A DNA stretch of 64,000 nt. Source: Proteromonas lacertae (taxonomy: Eukaryota). A model generated the notes under the pieces. That model was given only the letters and a program-made list of their open reading frames with translations, did no database searches and was not told the origin of the DNA. Every line of letters starts with the position of its first letter. Positions within the stretch are counted from its first letter, which is position 1. This document shows, in pieces, positions 41,042 through 52,369 of the stretch. Location: assembly GCA_002245135.1 (NCBI GenBank), contig NGBS01000585.1:62001-126000 (forward strand), given 5' to 3'. The translations under genes were made by a program, and so were the position numbers.

Positions 41042-43555
41042 CACCAATCACAGTATATTCTATTTGTATTTTCATTTACCTCGCTGTTTATTTTATTATT
41101 ACATAATTTACATCCATATTCAAATGGACTATCTTGAGTCATTGTATTGTATATAATACTCTTAATATTTCCTTTAATTATTACTAATTTATTATCATCA
41201 TTATCTATTATTGATGGATTTGTTTCAATACTTATATCTTTATCATTAATTAATAATTCAAATATTTCTTTAGATATTTTATATTCATTTATCATCATAT
41301 CATCACTTTCATTACTACCATTATTATTATTACTTATTCTTACTTCTTTACTAATATTATTTATGTTCAATATAATAGTGGCTGAAGGAGCAGAAATGTC
41401 TAATGTTTCATAATAATTACGAAAAACAGAAATAGTAGTAAATTCATCATATAAATAGTATATTTTATTCTTTGAGTTTGTCAAGCATGAAACGAATAGT
41501 TTATTGAAATATAATAAACAACCATGATTATTGTGTTTATATAACTTCAATAATATCTTGGCATTATTTATATATATAGATATTATCTCATTTGTATTAA
41601 CTACTTCTGCATTTGTATTGAAATAATCATTGCTTATTACTGTTGGATTGAATTTCACTGGAATATTATCTTTTCCTTTTATACACTTTGGTATATAACA
41701 ATATATTATCCCACAATAATTATCATTATCATTTACCATTTTAAAACCTAAAAATCGACCAATCATATCAATCCTTGTTGTATAATTCACATCCAAACAT
41801 AAATTGCCAGGAGTAACGATGTGTGGTTTAAAGTATGGACTATTCTAAAATTATATATTAATATATATATATATAATACAGCTAATTCATTCTCATTTAA
41901 CATTTTTATTTGCGTTTCATTCTCTACTTCCATTACTATGATTCTTGGGCAATAAACAATGACATTATTATCAAATAGACTATATAAACTATCATATAAA
42001 CTAACAGTTCTAAACTCAATCACTTTACATTTCATTATTGATATTATATTTGAAATTATATTATGATTAAATATATTATTATGTTTCTTATATACTAATT
42101 CACTGATATGTATAAATATTAAAGTGGAATTATCACTTGAACATGACAATATTAGCATTATTCCATTCTGTTTCTATACAATATATTATATATTAAGTTT
42201 TAAATATACTTTAACAAATGGTAAATTATTAAAATATACATCTTGAACTCTTCCTTTTATATTAAAAACATTCATCCAATTAGATATATTTATTTCATTA
42301 TAATCTACATACTTTTCTTCTTGTTCTTGTTCTTGTTGTTGGTTGTTGTGTATAATCAGATTCAGTTTGAATTAAGTTGATATTTGTATCTGTATATCCA
42401 AATATCTGATTAATTAGCTGCTGTTGAGATAATGATGGAGTTGAATCAGTTGTATTTATATTTGACTGTATTAATGAATTATTATTAGTTGATGTTGATA
42501 ATAATGAAGCTGTGGATAAAGATATTGAATAATTTGTAGATTCATTATATATAAATATTAAAATATATTTATCAGTAATAACATATGGATTATATACCAT
42601 TATCTATATATATATAATATTATAATATGATATATATACTGTTGATGGTATTTTGATTGTATGTTTACTGTAAAATGTTTCTTGAATAACTCCAATATAT
42701 TGTTTATTATTATATACACATTCACATTCGATATATTTTGTATTAGTAGTATTAAGTATTGATATCACATCTATCATTATATAATCATTTAAATCAGTAA
42801 TTATTGATGATAATCGATATTTTTGATAGTTTAGATATGTTTTTATTTTGTTTTGGTTTTTAATTAACTCTCTTAATCTCAATATTGGTTTGTAATTTGT
42901 TGTAAACTTACCTATTGTTTTCTATTCACAATATATATATATATATATATATATATACGTCTGGCTTTAAATATGAATCAGTTGGAATTGTGGTTAGTGA
43001 TTGAGATAATTCACTCAACCAATTTCTATTATTATCTTTTATTTCACCTTCACTTATTTTTTGGGCTTTTTGTGTTGGTTTTGGACAAGATAATATGTTG
43101 TTCAATAGACTTGATACTTTAATCTTCTCAGTTGGAGAGGATGATCTTCTTTTCTTTACAACTTTTGGTAAAACATCATCTATCTCATCCACTAAACTGC
43201 TTTTCATTGACTGGCCTGGAGCTGGCCACTTTAGTGGAGAGTTTGTCAATCTCTTGTTCTTAGGTATTGATATAGGAGAGCATGTGATTCTTTCATTTAC
43301 ATTACCACATTTTGAGATTGGAAGCAACTGTGGATCAAGTGTAAGACGATCTCTTTTGGGAGGCCTACTTGAATAAGATAACTGGAATTTCTATTTGGTG
43401 AAATAAATGATCATACATCATAACTCAAATTAGACTGACATAACAGTGAAGATTGTACAAAAGAGTTGTTTCTATCTGTTTCACCATATACAATCTATTT
43501 ATTACATCAAGTATATTAATACTGAACCCCATATGTCATCGAAATTTGTTGCCAT
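40749..43555 (-). CDS. Large multi-exon protein with C-terminal OB-fold/Zn-ribbon (SPIDR- or RPA1-C-like)
   Basis: Disordered N-terminus; IKGNIKSI..FEYGCKLC..YCDWC..LEINI..VKVSI; E2F site upstream; +1 frameshift at 42341. Confidence 0.5.
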
Positions 43556-43582
43556 AATACAATAGCTGGTAAAAACAAACAA

Positions 43583-43592
43583 GGCGCGAAAA
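43583..43592 (-). promoter_or_regulatory. E2F-type site TTTTCGCGCC
   Basis: Consensus TTTSSCGC ~28 nt upstream of ATG 43555. Confidence 0.55.
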
Positions 43593-43756
43593 TAAATTAA
43601 AACGACTTTATTTTTAGAATTAACGAAATAGAATCAAATAAGCATGTTATATATTATAATTTTAAGTTCTTATTTATGTAATTACATATTTCAATGTGAT
43701 ATATAAATTAATTTACATCAATTTACTTAAATATCTATTTATTGTAATATAACATA

Positions 43757-43988
43757 TTATTCTTCAGCCGCCATGTTGTAGCTATTATTCACATTAAAAT
43801 GGTCTGATTGGCCTATTCTACTCCATATAACTGATATTCCTTTTTTAGCAAATTTTATTAGATTAGTGGTATATATTTCTTTATATCTTTCGGAATATGT
43901 TCAGTGACTTCAAAAGACATAGAAACATCATAAATGCAATAAAAGTTAATAGGTTCAGTTAAATTTTATATTATGATTCAGCTTTGGT
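43757..43988 (-). pseudogene. Relic of a class I SAM-dependent methyltransferase
   Basis: NLTEPINFYCIYDVSMSFEVTEHIPK / YKEIYTTNLIKFAKKGISVIWSRIGQSDHFNVNN across a frameshift; upstream stop; bounded by the duplication breakpoint. Confidence 0.6.
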
Positions 43989-44900
43989 TATTCTGTATTA
44001 TTCAACTACGTCAAAGTAACGAATGACAATGAAAAATTCAAGTTATTAATTGAAGAAATTGATAAAAACTCAAGTGTATATCTGATCAATACAGTGGTTT
44101 ATACATCCTTATTAGATTGTTGTAGAATGTTTCAGTTATATGATTTAGGAATGAAATATTATCATCAGTATTTATGCAATATAAATGAAAGTAAAGAACA
44201 TACACCAAATAAAGCACTTTATATTACAATGATGTCTATATTCAAAGCAATGAATTTATGGGAAGAAGCCTTATTTTTATTTAATAGAATGAAAGAATTA
44301 GAAGGTGCCAATAATACAATCTACAGTTCAATGATAGCATTTTGTAAAGAAAGTGGAAATGCAAATTATGCGAAAGAATTATATATTGAATTATTAAATA
44401 ATAATATCCAACCGTCATCTTCATTATGTTCCTCATTATTAAATACTTATAAAGAATGTAAAATGTATAAGGATGCTGAAGAGTTATATAATGATATAAT
44501 AAATATAAAACATATAAAAGGAAGTTCAACATTTCATGCAACAATGATCTCGATATATGGTGAAGAAAATAAGATAGAAAGTGCTTGGAATTTATATAAT
44601 AGTTTAGTAGAAAAACATATCGATATTGGCAATAGTATCTACTGTTCTTTACTTCATATATGTGAAATAAGAAAAGATTATGATAATGCGAATGATTTGT
44701 ATAAGACTATAATAAATAATAGTCAAAAGAACAGCAAATTTGAGCCAAATACTCATGTTTATAGTAGTTTTATGAGTGTATGTTTAATAACTAATCATAT
44801 TAGTAGAATATATGAACTTATAGAAGATATGAAAGTGTATAAAGTTGAAAGTGATAATTATGTAAATGACATTTTGGGTAAATGTAAAATAACATTTTAA
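43989..44900 (+). pseudogene. 5'-truncated duplicate of the PPR gene
   Basis: Only the last ~300 codons are present; no presequence or native start. Confidence 0.75.
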
Positions 44901-45027
44901 TGAAGATTATTTAATATATTGACAATTTTCATATTTTTTTAATTGTAATTAGAAAGATAAAAAAAAGTAATAAAGTTTGAGGGCTTGACTGTTTATGCAA
45001 AATAGATTTTAATATTTACAGTTGAAT

Positions 45028-46095
45028 ATGTTTATAAGAAGGATAATATTAAAGACAAGTCGTAGTGTAACACGATCAGTTGGAGCTAAAACACCATTTT
45101 ATAAAGAAAAGTTTGCATCTGGTGTTGTTAGTCCCCTGTTTTCTTATCAGAGATGGTTATGTAATGAAAGCAAAGAAAGAAGTATAAAATACAACATATA
45201 TTTAAAATATAAATAGTAAGTGATTTTGAGAAAGCTAATCAAAATCAAGCTAAGTGTAATAAGAGCGAGACAATTGAAAATTCCAAAGTCTTAGAAGATG
45301 CACATAAAAGTGTAATGAATAATTTCGAAGGAATGTTAACTAAAATTCTAACCTCTCATGATCATGAAATATTAATTGTATATCATATAATGAAAAATGT
45401 GTTTTAATAGAAAATACTTGTAAATTATTCATTGGAAAATATACAAGATGCTGATGATCGTACAAAAATGGTATTAAATCTTGTATTGGGAAAGGAATAT
45501 ACTCATCTTGTATAATGTGATAATTATGTAAGAATAGAGGAAGTATAAAGAAGCAATACAGTCATTAAAAGAAGCATCAAAATACTCATCTATTGAAAAA
45601 ATCGATATATTCATGCAAATTGCATTATTATCTATTATGGAGGTATTTAACTATAAATGATATATAATTGATAATAATAAATAGGGAGAGCATGAAGAAG
45701 GATTAAAATACATAAAAGAATCCTTCAAATCCTTGAAAGAATACTTAGAAAGTTTATCACTTGACAACAATGAAAAATGTGTTCTTCTAAATTTATTTGG
45801 TGATTTATTATATAACGTAGTATATAATATAGCATGAGAATATAATATGTAATATATCTGAATAGAAGCTATATGATGAAGCTGTAGAAGCATTTAAAGA
45901 AATGTTAAAGCTTATACCAAAGAATGACACAAAATTAAAGTATTCAACCTTACAACAACTAGGAAAAGCGTATTTAGAACTTGTATAATATTATATAAAG
46001 TTTCTAAATAAACAATTGAATAGGGTCAATACAAAGATGGAATTGAAATATTCAAAGAGTGTGAAGAAATTGAAAAGAATAGTAATGACAAATAA
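45028..46095 (+). CDS. TPR-repeat protein, copy 2 (complete)
   Basis: Full duplicate of 39510-40577 with L>Q and V>A changes. Confidence 0.65.
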
Positions 46096-46266
46096 AGGTA
46101 CTATATAATAAATACTATACAAACATTATTGATGTTTACTTATGGAATGAGTTATATTCATAATCGTTTATTGTTTATTGATATAATTTTATTAATAAAA
46201 TACAATAACACAATAATAATGAATATTAAATATAATAATAATATTTTCACACAGAACTTATAAAAA

Positions 46267-46559
46267 TCATATAATTCCATTTGCAAGACAGTATAATGTA
46301 TTTGATTCATCTTTCACACAAATTAGTTTCAATTGTTTTCCAATCAGTTTTTTCATATTCTCAATATAAATATCAGGATCAACACAATTACTTGGTATAT
46401 ATTTCTTTATTAGCGAAAACATTTTCTTTGGTTCAATTGATACTTTTACTGAGTTATTGATTGATATATTTATTTCCAAAATACACTTCATAATTGAAAC
46501 AGGTGATGTCTATTTATAAAATAAAATTCACAATATCAAATATATATACATATTCATTA
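46267..46559 (-). pseudogene. Duplicated last exon of the OB-fold gene
   Basis: Matches 40749-41041; lacks the rest of the gene. Confidence 0.75.
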
Positions 46560-46759
46560 TCAAATTAAGGAAACAAACAATACTTAGTAATAGATTATTT
46601 TCAATTGTCTCCTTTATTTAATGGAAAAAGAATTAGTTTGGGTAATGATAAATTAAATATTTTAATATGTTAAATAGGATTATCAAATTTATCGAATAAT
46701 AAATGTAAATATATTAAATAAGATTATTTTATGATTAAAAATCATTATTATTGTTCCTT

Positions 46760-48603
46760 TCACTTATACATATAGTCCTGTTTACCATCTGCAGTGGTTT
46801 TTAATCCATCCATAAATCCATCATTTCTACTTGTCTTGGGATTATACTTTGCTCCTTCTCTTTGTATATCAGCAGGTGTTATTGAATCAGGACCAATTGT
46901 AGAAATTGCTTTTCTCATTTTCTTCTGTAATTCTTTTTCTTTATTTTCTTGTTCTATTGTATATTGTTTATGTTGTTTTTGTGTTTGTTTTGATGTTATT
47001 GTTTGTATATTCAATTGAGAAGAAACAAGATCTTTTTCAGCTCTATTTTGTTTACGAATTGATCTTGGAAACTAAAATAATAAACATAATATACATATAT
47101 ATATATATATATATATACAGCGATAAAAACTCTATACAAAAAGTATAATATAATCTCAGCAATAATGATGATAATAATTGAAGTTACAAACCAATATATA
47201 CCAGCATCAGTACTAAAATAATAAACCCATTTATTCCAGCCATAATCAACATTGTATTCATAACCAAGTGCACCTTTAAATACTGTATAAGAGACAACAG
47301 AATAACCATTCACACCATTATGTTCAATATACAACTGAAACTCTTTTATTGGAACTGGATTTGTTGTTACTGTAATATATAATTTCTCATTTGGTTGTAT
47401 TACATATGATTTCAAAGATGGTTCAATTGTTATGATATTATCTTCTAATTGTAAATCTTTATCCCCAGTTATAGTCTTTATATTATATATTATTAATGGA
47501 CAGTTATAAGAAACAATAGAGAAATTGTGTGAGAGTTTAAGTGGAGATCCTTCATTTAAATCAAAATGAAATAAATGCTCATCTTCTGAAAGTGTAACAA
47601 TTGGTTGACATATATCTTCAGTATATATTTTTGGTTTTATTGATTTATTAATGGTATAATTTCTATTATATTTTTGTGATATTATATCAAATAATGTATT
47701 ATTATTGTATATATCACTAATAAACTTAGTCGTTACATAATATGATGATTTTGATTTAAAATCAATTCCATTTTTTATATCCGACTGTAAAACTTTTCCA
47801 TAAGAGAGTATTTTCAATTGTATATATGAATTATACACTCTAATTACATTAACTCGATCAATAGATATATTATAAAGTGAACTAAATACTGTTGGTATAT
47901 CACTATAGAGTTTATTATTATAATTTATAGTTTGGTCATCTTCTATTGTATTGTAATATAACTATAAAATATAAATTTAGATATATTAGTGAATATACAT
48001 CTACTACAACATTTAATCTTTCATAATCACATTTACCTGTTTTATAATTATATTCTGCTGTCAGATCACATGCACAAGTATTACCTCTACATTCTCCAAA
48101 TGCACATTCACCATTAGGACATGGAGATATATATGATACTATGTTTAAGATAATTGACAAGAATTATACATGTTTTAAAGTTAAATTGTTCATATGGATT
48201 GTTTTGAATATTATACACATCTTTTGGAAATGTACATATTATAGTGTAATCTTTATTTTCTTCAAGAATATTAGATTTAATGGTAATCACATCTTTATGA
48301 GGTACATTCACTATATTTGTTGGATCATTTCTAACCTCGTTAATTGCATTGTTTATATTACTATCTGCTGAAATAACAGAACAATGTAACTCAGCCTTAA
48401 GATCTGAGAATAAATTATAAGTCACAGTCTGTGGTTTAATATCAGTTATATTTATTTCTATCATTATATATAAGAATATACGTAGATTTATTGTTAGTGT
48501 TGAAGGTACAGTAGTATTTGCTCCATATGCTGCTATATCATAAATAAATGCCTGTTATACTTGAAATAAGTAAAATAATAAAAAGAAATGGGTTTAAAGC
48601 CAT
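46760..48603 (-). CDS. Hypothetical type I membrane protein with one EGF-like module
   Basis: Signal peptide MALNPFLFIILLIS; CPNGECAFGECRGNTCAC; TM IYWFVTSIIIIIIAEIILYFLY; ORF 46760-47014 is its in-frame last exon. Confidence 0.65.
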
Positions 48604-49043
48604 GAAAATCAAATACGTTGTTCAAAAGAATTTTGAAACGAATAAGATTTTGAAACATGAAAACCTGTTAAGTACAACAATTAGAAAGAATTGTTTGCTT
48701 TAAAACTAGAATTTTGATGATTATTCTGTTTTTAAAAAATAAAACTACATTTCTATATTTTACTTTAACGGATGTATTTTTGTTTAATTAGATGTTATTA
48801 ATAAAATTACTTAATAATTATACAGGCTTATAAATACAACTGCATGATAATAACACATTTTTAGTTATGACATTGTTGTAACATTCATACTAAATAATCT
48901 ATTTTATGTAATGTAATGAATAATTATGTAAATCAATATACTTTAAGTTATATCGTTTTTATTTCGTTTAGAAAATGTAAAATATGATTGAATGAAACGA
49001 TATAATTTTTAATACAGACTTTACTTTAAATCTAATTTTTGTA

Positions 49044-49713
49044 ATGCAGAATGCTGATAGTAATGGTAGTAACCAACAAAACCGTAATATAGACACTTCT
49101 AGACCTACTCAACAATCTAATCAACCCTTGCCACAGACGCAACAACAACTGTTTGTATCAGTACAACAGAACCAACCACAACAACAATTACTATCCCAAC
49201 AACAAAACTCTGTACTTTATACTCCTCCACCTCCTCTTCCTGGTCCTCAACAACAATTACAACAGCAAACTACACCTATTGTATATCAATATCCTTCTAC
49301 TCCTGTACAACAACAACCAATACAGAATCAAAATGTTGTTTATCAATATCCTACTCCACAGCAACAAAATCCTTCTATAGTTTATGCCAATCCTCCACAG
49401 CAACCAATGTCAATACAATCTCCACAAAACTCTGTGCAACAACAACAACAACAACAACAGCCACAACAATCACAGCAAATTCAAACTGTTGTTTATCAAT
49501 ATTCTTCACCTCCACCTCCATCACAAGAGCAATTACCTTCTCAAACATCTCAAAATCCGTATATTGCTTTTTCTGCACAACAACAGTCAATTCCTCAACA
49601 ATCTCAACAAATTCCTTCTGCAGTTTATCAATACTCTCAACCACTACAGCAGCAATTACCACAATCACAACAACAAAACACTTATATAGTTAATCAGTAT
49701 CAAACTAATCCTC

Positions 49714-49753
<40 letters not shown>

Positions 49754-49888
49754 GATTCCATCTGTGGTTTACCAATATTCTCAACCACCTCCTCCACCAT
49801 TACCACAACAACAATTACCTTCATATTATCTTCCATCACAACAATTACCTCAACAAAATCAATATAATGTTTATACTCCTCCTCTTCC

Positions 49889-49919
<31 letters not shown>

Positions 49920-52261
49920 GATTTTGATAACGATGATAATTGTGAACCACCTCCTATTATTAGACAACAACCTTTGAATCCAATACAACCTCTCACTAAA
50001 AACAAAGTATTTGTTTCTCATATAAGCACAGGGAAAGTATTTTCATATCATATTATTATATTTAAAATAGGAACAAGTACGTAAGTATTTCTCTGATTGT
50101 GGAAAGATAAAATCAATAAAACTGTTGAATAGAGGTTATGCAGTGATTGAGTTTGATAAAGTCGAATCTGCAATTTTTGCAATAAAGACTAAAAATCAAA
50201 CTAAATTTCAAGGTAAAAAAATTAGTGTTGTTGAATATAGAGAAGAAAAAAATAATGATAAATCTAATTCTCCTCAAAAACAAAAGCAACAGAATATATC
50301 TGTTGCTAAGGAGAAATCACATATATCTTCGACTTCTACAACTACTCCTACAAAATCATTACGAGATAATCATCCTCTTCATTCTGAAAAGAAAAAAATA
50401 AATAAAAATATTTATATAGATTCTGATTCTTCAGAATCAGAATCAGAATCAGAATCAGAAGATGATGATAGTGATGATGATAGCAGTAGTGAAGAAGATG
50501 ATGATGAAGTAGAAGATGATGAATATGATAGTGATGATGAGGAAGAAGAAGAAGAAGAAGAAGAAGAAGAAGAAAAAGAAGATGTAAAGAGAAAGACTAG
50601 TAAATCTAAACAGAAAAATGAGATTAAAAAGAAAAAGACATATACTTTATTTATTCCATTTTTAGATAAATCATCTAATGAAGATATAGTTAGGAATATA
50701 TGTAAACAATATCATTCACTTGGTGGAATGAATTTCAAAGAAATAGTATATTATTGTTGATATTATATTCTATAGAAAAAGGAAGGCAGAAAACCATTTA
50801 AAAGATGTTTCATATCTTTTACTGATAAAAATGAAGGTATAGTATTTTGTTGCTATATTATTTATTATATAGCTCTCCAAGCTTTATATGATTTAAGTAA
50901 AAGTAAAATTTGTAACAGAAATGTTCAAGTTGAATGGTTAAAATCTTCTCCATTTGAATCTGATGAAGATTATAAATGTGAAAGTAAAAAAGAAGAAGAA
51001 AAAGTCTATTTCAAAATTGATGATAAATTATCAGATGTATTTATTACTATCTTTATATATATATATATATACTTTATCTAGAAACAGCTTGAACAAATTC
51101 TTAGTAAATATCCATCATACTCTAAAATAGAGATATTTAAAAGCAGAGTATTATTACTAGACATATATTGTGATTAGAAAGGAAAGAGTACTGCTGTTTA
51201 TTTTGTTAATAAATCAAATGGTATATTATTTATTATTATATATTAAATATAGCTATAAAAGCGTTTGCTGATTTGACATTCAAAAGGATTAACAATAAAA
51301 AGCTTCATGTTCATTTCATTGATGATATAAAAGAAAGACCAAAAAAGTCCAAAGAATTTATTAATAGTATAAAAGTCACTAATATTGGAAATGGAATTAG
51401 CAAAGAAGAAATTAGAAAAGTATTTTCAGTTTTTGGAAATATAAAACAGTTGAGTAATCCATCAGAACATAATCATGTTAGATATGTAATAATCACTTAT
51501 GATAATCAAGAATCAGGTATATATATGTTTTTATTTATACAAATACAATAGTTGAAAATGCTATGGAAATAGTAAATGGAGATGATTTACCTGTTACTGT
51601 TAATAATAAAATCACAACAATGACATTCTTTGTTAATAAAAATTGTTCTTTAAATTCTTCCTATCCTCAATTGAAATTGATAAATTTACCTCCTCATACT
51701 ACTGAGATATCTTTATATGATATGCTGAAGAAATATCATATATTTGGTTTATATATGATTCGAAATAAAATGAATGAAAGGATGGGAATAGCAAATATTG
51801 AATTTGAAAAAGAAGAAGATTGTATGAAGTGTTATAAGGAAATGAAAGGAAAGAAGATGAATGGTTGTATTGTAGATGCAGAAATTGTAAAGAATAATCG
51901 TACTGCAAAAGATACGCCTAAAAGTAATGGTAGAAATAATAGAAAAGAAAACAATCTTGAAAAGCTATCTAAACAAGAGGAAGAAAAGAGGAGAGAAAAA
52001 TCAAAAAGAAAAGAAAAGTTAATGAATAAAGAGAGGGGAAAAGAAAAAGGAAAGAAAAAAGAGGATAATGAAAGTATTGATGATGATGATGATGAAAAAT
52101 TATGTATTGTGTGTTTAGATAAACCAAAAGTAATGGCTTTATTACCATGTGGACATAAATGTCTTTGTGAAAAATGTGGAGAAATTTATAGAAAAGACTT
52201 AAACAAAAGATGTCCAGAATGTAGAAGTAAAATTGAAGGTATTATTAGAATTTATGGTTAA
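49044..52261 (+). CDS. Q/P/Y-rich N-terminus, multiple RRMs, acidic tract, C-terminal RING finger
   Basis: KVFVSHI..RGYAVIEF and GIANIEF (RRMs); CIVC..LLPCGHKCLCEKC..CPECR (C3HC4_3 RING). Confidence 0.8.
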
Positions 52262-52369
52262 TTCTTATTAACACTATTATATCTTGATTTTGTATGTTGG
52301 GTTGTTTTGATAGAAAAAATAAAAAATAAAACAATAATTTATTATTTAATTAATTATATTTAATTATTT

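Larger units (their letters stand above)
43989..46559 (+). repeat. Direct segmental duplication, copy 2 (2571 bp)
   Basis: Near-identical to 38469-41041; I counted 5 substitutions and 2 single-base indels by eye. Confidence 0.97.

Noticed and set aside
43989..46559. Transposon interpretation of the duplication
   Set aside because: No transposase, terminal inverted repeats or target-site duplication seen
46760..47014. Separate small gene overlapping the end of the neighbouring ORF
   Set aside because: It is the in-frame last exon of the 46760-48603 gene
49153..49950. Asn/His-rich and Val-rich ORFs
   Set aside because: Alternate frames of the CAA (poly-Q) repeats
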